A DNA stretch of 64,000 nucleotides. Source: Ignavibacteriota bacterium (GTDB taxonomy: Bacteria; Bacteroidota; Ignavibacteria; UBA10030; UBA6906). How positions within the stretch are numbered: the stretch's first letter is position 1; each line of letters starts with the position of its first letter. The position numbers and the translations under genes are program-made. The stretch is from NCBI GenBank assembly GCA_963801355.1, contig CAWDEM010000008.1:1760001-1824000 (forward strand), written 5' to 3'. Below the pieces are notes generated by a model, which saw only the letters and a program-made list of their open reading frames with translations, was not told the origin of the DNA and did no database searches. Of the stretch, positions 43,307 to 51,784 are shown one piece after another.

Positions 43307-45712
43307 TCATTCGACGAGCTTCAATTTCTTCAGGAAGGCCGTGAACCGGGGATCGCTTTCAATCCGCCTGAGCAACGGATCACCCACGATCTGACTCACG
43401 CCAGGATCCCGGCGCTCGTATGCGGTCTCGAGCCACTCAAACGCACGGTCCGCGTCACCCCGGTATGCATACACTTCCGCAATCTGGAACGGACCGTCGT
43501 TACTGTACGTTTCGATCAGTCTCTGCAGCAAACTGTCCGCGTCCTGCGTCCTTCCCGCAGCATGGTAGGCAATTGCCAGAGCCTGCTGCCGCCAGAATTC
43601 ATCCTGTTCGAGGCCGGCATTAGCGATCGCGCTGTCGACTTTTCCGAGCGCAAGGTAGCAGAATGCGATCAATGTGCGGGCGGCCGGATACCCCGGGCTC
43701 AGCTCCAGGACTTTGCGCACTTCTGCCAGGGACTCATCAATCCGGTTTGCATACCAATAGGCGAATGTCAGCACCCAGTGACTTCTGTCCAGGATCGGAT
43801 CGAGTGCGACGGCTTTTCGAGCGAGCGCGATGGCCTCATCCTGACGCCCCATGACCAGGGCAAAGACAGCCCTTCGGTTCACCGTCGCTGCATTTCCACG
43901 CCCGAGTTCCAGCGCTCTGCTGAACTCGCGATCTGCCCCCTTCCAGTCCCAGTCCTTTGTGTAGAGGACCTCTGCGAGGTTCCGGTGACCTTCGGCCAGC
44001 ATATCATCGAGTGCAATCGCCTTCAGCGCAGCCTTCCGCGCCTCTTCGACACTGACGGCGCTCCAGCCCTGGGCGAAAGCCATCTGGGCCAGAAGTGCAT
44101 CCGCGAGTGAGGCCCAGAGGCGTGCATCGGTGGAATCGATGTCAAGCCCGCGCCGATAGTACTCGATCCCCTTGAGAACGCTGGCGCGGTCACGTCGATT
44201 CACAAGATGTCTTCCTTGGAGGAGAAAACTGTACGCCGCCGTATTCACCTCGGACGGAGCGCTCAGCTCTGCTACTTCCACGGGAGAGAGGCGGGCCTTG
44301 AGCGCGGAGGCAATTTTCTGAGCGATCTCGCTTTGAATGGCGAAAATCTCCCTGTACTTCCGATCGTACGTCTCGGCCCAGAGATGCCTGTCGTTCGTCG
44401 CATCGATGAGCTGGGCAACGATCCTGACCTGATCCCCTGAACGCCGCACGCTTCCCTCCAGGATCACACCCGCATTGAGCTCCCTGCTAACCTCCCGGAT
44501 GGATTTTGTCGTCCCCTTGTACTGCATGACGGACGTCCGGGAAATAACATTGAGCTCGCCGATCTTGGCCAGCTGGGTAAGGATGTCTTCCGTGATGCCG
44601 TCCGAGAAGTACTCTTCCTCTTTGTCGCCCGCAAGATTGGTGAACGGGAGCACGGCGATCGTCTTATTGTTTGCCGCGCCAGGAGGAGTAGAGGGAAGGA
44701 ACAGATAGAGGCAGATGGCCGCGGCACCGAAGACTCCAGCGGCAATGAGGGAGTACAGCTTCCCCCGTGGTTTTCGCCCGGGTCCCGGAACCCTTCCATC
44801 CGGTACATTCTCGTGAGCAGGAGCCCCGACGGACGTTATTGCATTCGGTTGAACCTCTGCCGCGAGAAGTCTTGTTGTGTACCCGGCCGCCGCGAGATCC
44901 AGATGCTTCCGTTCGCGACGCAGATCGGAGAGCATGTCATCCACGCGCTGGTACCGCTCGTCGAGATCCTTGGCAAGTGCCTTGGCCACGATACGTTCCA
45001 CCTCTGGGCTCACCTTGTCATTGTACCGTGCCATCGGCGCCGGCTGCTCGTTTACCACCGCGTACAGGAGCGCTGCCTCGTGTTCACCCCTGAACGGAAG
45101 CTTGCCCGTAATCAGTTCATACAGGACAACTCCAAAGGAGAAGATGTCGGTTCGATGATCGACCTCCTCCCCACGAGCCTGTTCAGGTGACATATACGCG
45201 GCCGTCCCGAGGGTTGAACCAGCCCTGGTGAGTCTCGTCACACCCTTGAGCTTGGCAAGCCCGAAGTCCATGATCTTGACTTTTCCCTTCGGTGTGATCA
45301 TGATGTTATCGGACTTGATGTCCCGATGGACAATTCCCTTCTCGTGGGCGGTCGCTAGCCCGTCCGCAATTTGCATAGCCACGTCGAGAACCTGGGTGAG
45401 CGGGAGCATTGACCGGGAGGCAAGAACTTTGAGCGTCTCTCCTTCCACGTACTCCATGGCGAGGAACACGTTCTTATCGTGCTCGCAGATCTCGTATATG
45501 GTCGTGATGTTCGGGTGGTTGAGAGAAGACGCTGCCCGGGCTTCATGGTAGAATCGCTCCTTCTCCGAACTCTCGGATGTGAGGTGTGACGGAAGGAACT
45601 TCAAGGCCACGAGTCGATCGAGGGTCGAGTCATGGGCCTTGTACACAACACCCATTCCTCCCTCGCCCAGCTTTTCGAGGATCCGATAGTGGGAGACAAC
45701 CTGGCCTACCAT
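43307..45712 (-). CDS. Ser/Thr protein kinase K2: kinase - TM - TolB-N-like - TPR
   Basis: Hanks motifs (HRDIK, DFG, YMSPE), TM, IAVLPFTNL..LEGSVR, TPRs, DPRF C-terminus. Confidence 0.92.
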   Translation of the reverse strand: MVGQVVSHYRILEKLGEGGMGVVYKAHDSTLDRLVALKFLPSHLTSESSEKERFYHEARAASSLNHPNITTIYEICEHDKNVFLAMEYVEGETLKVLASRSMLPLTQVLDVAMQIADGLATAHEKGIVHRDIKSDNIMITPKGKVKIMDFGLAKLKGVTRLTRAGSTLGTAAYMSPEQARGEEVDHRTDIFSFGVVLYELITGKLPFRGEHEAALLYAVVNEQPAPMARYNDKVSPEVERIVAKALAKDLDERYQRVDDMLSDLRRERKHLDLAAAGYTTRLLAAEVQPNAITSVGAPAHENVPDGRVPGPGRKPRGKLYSLIAAGVFGAAAICLYLFLPSTPPGAANNKTIAVLPFTNLAGDKEEEYFSDGITEDILTQLAKIGELNVISRTSVMQYKGTTKSIREVSRELNAGVILEGSVRRSGDQVRIVAQLIDATNDRHLWAETYDRKYREIFAIQSEIAQKIASALKARLSPVEVAELSAPSEVNTAAYSFLLQGRHLVNRRDRASVLKGIEYYRRGLDIDSTDARLWASLADALLAQMAFAQGWSAVSVEEARKAALKAIALDDMLAEGHRNLAEVLYTKDWDWKGADREFSRALELGRGNAATVNRRAVFALVMGRQDEAIALARKAVALDPILDRSHWVLTFAYWYANRIDESLAEVRKVLELSPGYPAARTLIAFCYLALGKVDSAIANAGLEQDEFWRQQALAIAYHAAGRTQDADSLLQRLIETYSNDGPFQIAEVYAYRGDADRAFEWLETAYERRDPGVSQIVGDPLLRRIESDPRFTAFLKKLKLVE

Positions 45713-45802
45713 GAGAGAACTCCACAGGGGTGTATGAGCCGCATCGCATGGTGTATCTGGAGCGTGACAGCATAATACGAAGGGGGATCTGGATAGTCAA
45801 AC
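45705..45802 (-). repeat. Promoter/leader/start module, copy 3 (K2)
   Basis: TTGACT-N17-TATTAT (45800-45772); 25/31 identical to 51176-51206; gap-free colinear with the K4 leader. Confidence 0.8.
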
Positions 45803-45844
45803 CAGACCGAGCTGGCCCGACACCTCGGAGTCAGCAGAGCCTGA
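45803..45844 (+). pseudogene. 42-nt HTH gene remnant
   Basis: Translates QTELARHLGVSRA*, 10/13 aa identical to QTELARHLCVGRV at 51566. Confidence 0.7.
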
Positions 45845-45859
45845 CAGAGTTTCCTCATG

Positions 45860-48181
45860 CTACTTCTCCAGACCGAGCTTCTTGACCAGCGCTATGAAGC
45901 GAGAATCCGATCGGAGCGGGTCAACGCGGGGATCGCCCTTCAGCCAGATTACCTGATCATTCTTTTCCTCATACGCCTGTTGTAGCAGCTCTATCGCCCT
46001 CTCCTTCTTCCCCATGGAGCAATAGATCAGGGCGATGTCATAGGACGGCGGATAGGGATACATTGACAGTGCCTTAAGGATGGAATCGGCTCTCGTGGTT
46101 TCACCAGCTGCAGCATATGCCCGGCCGAGACCTGCCAAAACTACCGAGGAATTCTCCATCCGGAGTGCTATCTGGAACTCCGAGATTGCAGAGGAATAGT
46201 CCCCTTTTTGGAGATATTGGTCGCCCAGGACATATCGTGCGAAGTAGAATGAGGGATTCATTTCGACCGCTTTGCGGGCGTTTTCAAGTGCTTCGTCATA
46301 CCGGCGCATGAAGAACGCGGGCAGACCCATTTCGATGTTGATGAAAGGTGAGAGCGGGTCAAGCTGATGTGCTCGCTGCAGCTCCGCCTTGCCCTCATCG
46401 TAACGCCCCAGAAAAGTCAGGTACCTCCCGAACCAGAAGTGGGCCCCGGCGAAACCAGGGTTTAGCTCAATTGCCCGGCGAAATTCCGCCTCTGCTCCCG
46501 GCCAATCGAAGTCGTAGGCCATTTTCACGAGGGCAAGCGAAAGGTGTGCCTCGCTTAGCTGGCCGTCTCTTTCAACAGCCCGCAGTGCCGCTGCGCGCGA
46601 TCTCTCCATCGCTTGCTTTGGGGGAAGATACGTGTTCGACACCCAGTAGTACGCATCAGCCAGTCCCGCGTATGCCAGCGCGTATGTGGGATCCCTTGCG
46701 ATTGCCTGATCGTAGAATCCAACCGCCTTATGAAATCCTTCCTCTGTCAGTCTCTCGGCCCAGAAGCGACCCTTGAGGTAGAGCTGGTAGGCTTCTGCAT
46801 CCTGGGTGAAGGATTTGGAAAGGCGCCCTTGTTCAGCTCCGGACAACTTCAATCGCAGGCGGTCTGATATCTCTTCCGCGATCTCCTCCTGAAGAACCAG
46901 AATATCACTGAACTTGCGGTTATAGCGTTCCCCCCAGAGTTGGGTCCCTTCGATGGCATCGACCAGATCTGCTTGAATAGTCAGCAACTCCTCCCGTCGG
47001 ATTATTTTCCCCGTCAGCACTGCACGGACTTTGAGCGTTCTTCCGATTATTTGCGGTTCCTGTTCCTTCCCCTTGTAGCTGAACGCCGTCGTTCTCGCGA
47101 TGACACGCAGCTGAGGAAACTGAGCAAACTTGTTGATAAGGGTTTCTGTGAGGCCATCACAAATGTATTCAAGCGTCGAGTCACCTGTTGCATTGACAAA
47201 CGGCAGGAGGGCTACCGAATCGATGGCGGCAGGACGACGGGCAAGAAAAAGAGTTCCTGCCACTGCAAGGACAATGAATGCGACGACAACACTTGCATTT
47301 CGGATCAAACGTGGCCTTTGCCAGAATGGTTGCCTGAACTCCGGTCGAGGCAGACTGCTTGAGTCGCGTCCGCCGTTCAGCGCTCGCAGGTCCGCGCCCA
47401 ATGTCTCAATCTGCTGATATCGTTCTCGCTGGTCTTTCTGCATTGCTTTCATGACAATTTGCTGCAATGCTATTGGAGTTTCCGGCCTGAGTGTCTCAAT
47501 GCGCGATGGTTCCGCATTCAGCGTCTGGTAGATGATCGCCTGGTCATACTCGGCTTCAAAAGGCCGCCTGCCGGTAAACATTTCGTAGAGCACCACCCCC
47601 AGCGACCAAATATCGGTTCTGTGGTCAGCCGGTTCGCCTCGTGCCTGCTCGGGCGACATGTATGCTGCAGTCCCGAGTGTGCTGCCTGCTTTAGTGAGCA
47701 TCGTGCGGCCGCTAAGCTTTGCCAGTCCGAAATCGACGATCTTTGCCACGCCGTCTGTGGTCACTATGATGTTGGCCGGCTTGATGTCGCGGTGGATAAT
47801 GCCGTGCTCGTGAGCCTTGGTGAGACCCTGCGTCACCTGAACCGCGACATCGATAGCTTCGTCTATCTTCAGCGGTCCACGCTCGATCTTCTTCTTCAGT
47901 GTCTCTCCCTCGTAGAAGTCCATGACAATGAACGATTGCCCGTCGTCTGTCTCGTCGATATCATGGACGGTGCAGATATTATTGTGCTGGAGGGCGGAGG
48001 CAGCCTTCGCCTCGTGGATAAATCGCTGCTTTGCTTCGGGGTCACGGGTGAGATCGGGAGGAAGAAACTTAAGAGCTACCGTTCGGTCGAGCTTGAGGTC
48101 CAAGGCTTTGTACACAACACCCATCCCACCGCCGCCGAGGTGCTCGAGGATCTTGTAGTGCGAAACAGTTTTTCCAATCAT
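45860..48181 (-). CDS. Ser/Thr protein kinase K3: kinase - TM - TolB-N-like - TPR
   Basis: [41 protein letters not shown] TPRs. Confidence 0.92.
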   Translation of the reverse strand: MIGKTVSHYKILEHLGGGGMGVVYKALDLKLDRTVALKFLPPDLTRDPEAKQRFIHEAKAASALQHNNICTVHDIDETDDGQSFIVMDFYEGETLKKKIERGPLKIDEAIDVAVQVTQGLTKAHEHGIIHRDIKPANIIVTTDGVAKIVDFGLAKLSGRTMLTKAGSTLGTAAYMSPEQARGEPADHRTDIWSLGVVLYEMFTGRRPFEAEYDQAIIYQTLNAEPSRIETLRPETPIALQQIVMKAMQKDQRERYQQIETLGADLRALNGGRDSSSLPRPEFRQPFWQRPRLIRNASVVVAFIVLAVAGTLFLARRPAAIDSVALLPFVNATGDSTLEYICDGLTETLINKFAQFPQLRVIARTTAFSYKGKEQEPQIIGRTLKVRAVLTGKIIRREELLTIQADLVDAIEGTQLWGERYNRKFSDILVLQEEIAEEISDRLRLKLSGAEQGRLSKSFTQDAEAYQLYLKGRFWAERLTEEGFHKAVGFYDQAIARDPTYALAYAGLADAYYWVSNTYLPPKQAMERSRAAALRAVERDGQLSEAHLSLALVKMAYDFDWPGAEAEFRRAIELNPGFAGAHFWFGRYLTFLGRYDEGKAELQRAHQLDPLSPFINIEMGLPAFFMRRYDEALENARKAVEMNPSFYFARYVLGDQYLQKGDYSSAISEFQIALRMENSSVVLAGLGRAYAAAGETTRADSILKALSMYPYPPSYDIALIYCSMGKKERAIELLQQAYEEKNDQVIWLKGDPRVDPLRSDSRFIALVKKLGLEK

Positions 48182-48191
48182 CGGCAGATTT

Positions 48192-51116
48192 TCAATTCAC
48201 CGGCCCAAGATACCGATCGAGCCAGGCAAGTGTCTCCCTGGTTACGTCCTTGAGGGGCACGTAGTGATCAGAATCGTACAGCAGAAGCCGCTTCTGTCCC
48301 TGGGGGGTGCCCAGGCGTTCGTACATCGGCTCGATTGAAATGTCAAGGGGAAAAAACATATCATACTTCCCGTTGAGCATTAACGTCGGAATGTGTACAC
48401 GGGGGGCATAGTTGAATTCGTCCGCTTCCGGCCGCGGGGAAGCGTCAGCTCCAAATCCGCCCAGGAGGAGAATGCTTGCTTTCAGGCGCCCTTCCACTGC
48501 CGCAAAGATTGTCCCCAACCGGCCGCCCCAACTGAATCCATAGTATGCGAGCTTTGAAGTGTCAATGTCCTTCCTTGTGGAGAGATAGTCGATTGTCCTG
48601 CCGAAATCCTTGACCCATTTTACCACGAGCTCTGTGTACGCGTTCTGATATTTCTTCTTTGGCCAGACCTGATCGAACTTCACCCCAATGGTGTTCCGTT
48701 CGTAGGTCCCATAGTAGACCGGATACACTACGGCGCGCCCGCTTTTCAGTATGAAATCGAATAGTGTCTCGCCAACGAGTTTCTCACTCGACGGCAGGTG
48801 GGGTGCGTTCATTCCTGGAAAGAAGATGACCGTCTGGAAAGGCCCTGCAGATCTCCTGGGCAGGTACAGAAAGGCGATAACCCGTTCTCTGCCATAGGCC
48901 GCATCGAATGTGACCTTCTCTCGAATCCAGTCCGGTGAGCTTTCATTCCGACCCTCAACGGCAGAGTTGAGATCCATCTTGTCGTAGGAGAATTGATCCG
49001 CATACACATGGAAGATCGCGTCTGGTACGGGATGTTCATGCCTGTAGTCTCTTGTTGGCCAGTCCACTCGAGCAAATGCTCGCTGGGGGATCCTGGCCTT
49101 GTCCAGGTAGCAAACGCATCGAAACCCGTTCTTTTCTGAGCGGTCAAACGCCGGAGCCTGGCTCAAATGACCGTACATATAGGAGACGTCGTTCCAGGCG
49201 CCACCCCTCACGCAACGCCCTCCTTTCGATTCGTTGAAACACCACTCCCGCACATTCCCTGCCATGTCATAAGCCCCGTAGGTACTCATCCCCTCGTAGG
49301 CCCCGACGCGACAAGGTCCCGAGCTGCCGAAGTTGCTGAGGTTTCCAATCTTGGTGGGAAAGTACTGATACACTATCTGCAGTCCTGCGGCAACGTACCA
49401 ATGGTATGCCGTCGGTAGATCCTTCCCCGAGAATTCTGCGTATGCCGCGGCTTCATACCAGTTTACGCCGGACACCGGATAGTCTTCCTGTCCGTCCGGA
49501 TAGTCTCCCGCTTGCCATGTCGAGGGGCCCGGCCTCCCCGTCGCGTCCACGAATTGCTGCATCGCTTCCTGCCACGAGAGCTTCTTGCCATCCCTGACGA
49601 ATTCATGCTTCCAGTACTTGATGTTTTGATAGCCTCCTGCCTCGATGAACTTCATGTACTGAGCGTTCGTCACTTCATATTTGTCCATGAAGAATTCGCC
49701 AAGAGTCACTACGGTATCTTCTATTTCGTACGACCTCCCCCCGGACACACGCACCATTCCCTGGGGTGTTCTTCCCAGTGTGTCCAATCTCCTCCAGAGC
49801 GAGTCTTGTGTGAAGAACACTGCGAAGAGGGTGTCAAAGCCTGCTTTCTCGAATTTCCAGCGGAAGAAGCCTTTGGGTACTCTTACACTGTCCAGTGGGG
49901 TCACACCGACATTGGTCCATTCGCTCTCCACAGACGAATACTCTTTGCGGAAAGCATTCGCACCCGGCGGGTCAGTCCGGATGTTCATTCTCACTGAAAA
50001 CGTCGGCCAGAGCTTCGCCAATGCGGAGTCATCGGGAATGTACCTCTCCGCCTTCTTGGCGAGCATAAATGCATCTTGAAATTCAGTTAATCTTCCGGTC
50101 AGAATTGCCTGTTCCGCCAGCCGTTTGATTTCGGGAATCGCCTCATTTCTTGCCCATTGGGTTTTCTCAGCCTGGTCTACGTACCAGGCAAGTGCACCAA
50201 CGATCACAACCACCGCTCCAATAAGCGGGATGAGTGTCTTCGGACGTATGAACCTTCGTGCGAGAGCGACAGGGCTGCGCTGAGTTGTGGTAGGCTGAAG
50301 ACATGTGCTTTTGATCTCGGTAAGATCGTTGAGAAGGTCTGTGGCAAGCTTGTATCGTTCCGAAGGGTTCTTCTCGAGTGCCTTCCGGACGATCTTCGAC
50401 AGCTCCGGCGGCACGTCGGGTCGAATCTGGTCTATCGGTTTCGGATCTTCGTTGAGAATGGAATACATGAGCGCGGCATCATGGTCGCCCCTAAACGGGA
50501 GCTGTCCGCTCAACATTTCGTAGAGGACAGCTCCAAGCGACCAGATGTCGGTGCGGTGATCGGTGAGTTCGCCCCGCGTCTGCTCGGGCGACATGTATCC
50601 AGCCGTCCCGAGCGTGGTGCCTGTCTTGGTGAGCATCGTTCGGCCGCTGAGCTTCGCCAGTCCGAAATCGACGATCTTGGCCACGCCATCGGTGGTGACC
50701 ATGATGTTGGCGGGCTTGATGTCGCGATGGACAATGCCGTGATCGTGGGCCTTGGCCAGACCTTGAGCAATCTGGATCGCGATGTCGATCGCTTCCTCAA
50801 TCTTCAACGGGCCGCGCTCAATCTTCCTCTTGAGCGTCTCGCCTTCGTAGCAGTCCATGATAATAAAGAGCTGGCCCTCAGGTGACTCCTCGATATCATG
50901 GATCGTACAAATGTTGTTGTGTTGGAGAGCAGAGGCTGCCTGAGCCTCATGGATGAATCGCTGCTTGGCCTCAGGATCGCGAGTGAGCTCGGGAGGGAGG
51001 AATTTCAGCGCAACCGTGCGTTCAAGCTTGAGGTCCTGGGCTTTGTAGACAACACCCATCCCGCCGCCGCCGAGGTGCTCGAGGATCTTATAGTGGGAAA
51101 CGGTGTGGCCGATCAT
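48192..51116 (-). CDS. Ser/Thr protein kinase K4: kinase - TM - FGE-sulfatase domain - alpha/beta hydrolase
   Basis: Kinase motifs; [27 protein letters not shown]; GFSWGG nucleophile elbow with downstream D and H. Confidence 0.92.
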   Translation of the reverse strand: MIGHTVSHYKILEHLGGGGMGVVYKAQDLKLERTVALKFLPPELTRDPEAKQRFIHEAQAASALQHNNICTIHDIEESPEGQLFIIMDCYEGETLKRKIERGPLKIEEAIDIAIQIAQGLAKAHDHGIVHRDIKPANIMVTTDGVAKIVDFGLAKLSGRTMLTKTGTTLGTAGYMSPEQTRGELTDHRTDIWSLGAVLYEMLSGQLPFRGDHDAALMYSILNEDPKPIDQIRPDVPPELSKIVRKALEKNPSERYKLATDLLNDLTEIKSTCLQPTTTQRSPVALARRFIRPKTLIPLIGAVVVIVGALAWYVDQAEKTQWARNEAIPEIKRLAEQAILTGRLTEFQDAFMLAKKAERYIPDDSALAKLWPTFSVRMNIRTDPPGANAFRKEYSSVESEWTNVGVTPLDSVRVPKGFFRWKFEKAGFDTLFAVFFTQDSLWRRLDTLGRTPQGMVRVSGGRSYEIEDTVVTLGEFFMDKYEVTNAQYMKFIEAGGYQNIKYWKHEFVRDGKKLSWQEAMQQFVDATGRPGPSTWQAGDYPDGQEDYPVSGVNWYEAAAYAEFSGKDLPTAYHWYVAAGLQIVYQYFPTKIGNLSNFGSSGPCRVGAYEGMSTYGAYDMAGNVREWCFNESKGGRCVRGGAWNDVSYMYGHLSQAPAFDRSEKNGFRCVCYLDKARIPQRAFARVDWPTRDYRHEHPVPDAIFHVYADQFSYDKMDLNSAVEGRNESSPDWIREKVTFDAAYGRERVIAFLYLPRRSAGPFQTVIFFPGMNAPHLPSSEKLVGETLFDFILKSGRAVVYPVYYGTYERNTIGVKFDQVWPKKKYQNAYTELVVKWVKDFGRTIDYLSTRKDIDTSKLAYYGFSWGGRLGTIFAAVEGRLKASILLLGGFGADASPRPEADEFNYAPRVHIPTLMLNGKYDMFFPLDISIEPMYERLGTPQGQKRLLLYDSDHYVPLKDVTRETLAWLDRYLGPVN

Positions 51117-51206
51117 GGGAAACCTGGATGAGCGTGTACGATTCCCGTGGCATGAAGAATCAGCAGTACGGTCGTATAATACGGGAGGGGATGGTGATAG
51201 TCAAAC
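51109..51206 (-). repeat. Promoter/leader/start module, copy 4 (K4)
   Basis: TTGACT-N17-TATTAT (51204-51176), 60 nt from the ATG. Confidence 0.8.
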
Positions 51207-51250
51207 GCCGCATAGGCCCCGGGTCGATCAAGTCACAGTTAGAGAAGCCC

Positions 51251-51302
51251 GAAAACACGAAGACCCAAAGCCACCTTTCCTCAGTAGTTTGAGTCTTCGT
51301 GT
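51251..51302 (-). terminator. Terminator-like hairpin directly downstream of the tRNA fragment
   Basis: ACACGAAGAC (51255-64) / GTCTTCGTGT (51293-302), followed by a short T run on the minus strand. Confidence 0.65.
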
Positions 51303-51305
51303 ACT

Positions 51306-51330
51306 TGGCTCCGCGAGCAGGACTCGAACC
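51306..51330 (-). mobile_element. tRNA 3'-end fragment (Asn-like), putative att site of an integrative element
   Basis: Minus strand GGTTCGAGTCCTGCTCGCGGAGCCA = T-loop, 3' T-stem, acceptor 3' strand and CCA. The 5' half of the tRNA is absent. Confidence 0.75.
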
Positions 51331-51649
51331 GAGCCCAAACTCATCATATGGCGAAATCAGGCACCTGGCGCGTCCAAGAGTTCTCTTTGTTCACGGTTGT
51401 TACGCCTCAAGGGTACAATTGCAGTACAGTCGAATTGAGAGGCACTCTGAGAAGCTCGAGGCGAGAAAGGACCCACAAACAACTCAACGGGGCCCACCAC
51501 GTTTCGATTACCATGCACTTCAACAGAGCTATGCGAAGATGCTGTCTGAAGGACCGTTCAAAACGCAGACGGAGCTCGCTCGTCATTTGTGTGTCGGCAG
51601 AGTGTGGGTCAGTAGGGCGTTAAAGGGGATCAAGAGGAGGGCCAGCTGA
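51331..51649 (+). pseudogene. Small HTH protein remnant adjacent to the att fragment
   Basis: ..YAKMLSEGPFKTQTELARHLCVGRVWVSRALKG..; true start unclear. Confidence 0.55.
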
Positions 51650-51784
51650 TGAATGTCACATGGATTCAAGCATTGACTCTGTTGTAGAAAAACAGGATCA
51701 TACCATCCCCGGACGTCTGCACTCCCTGCACACGCACACAAGCGGAAGGACCGGTTCACGACTTTCGAAGAGGCGGAATCAGCC

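Noticed and set aside
51306-51380. Intact tRNA gene
   Set aside because: Only the 3' 25 nt are tRNA-like. No D-arm, anticodon arm or 5' acceptor strand can be formed.
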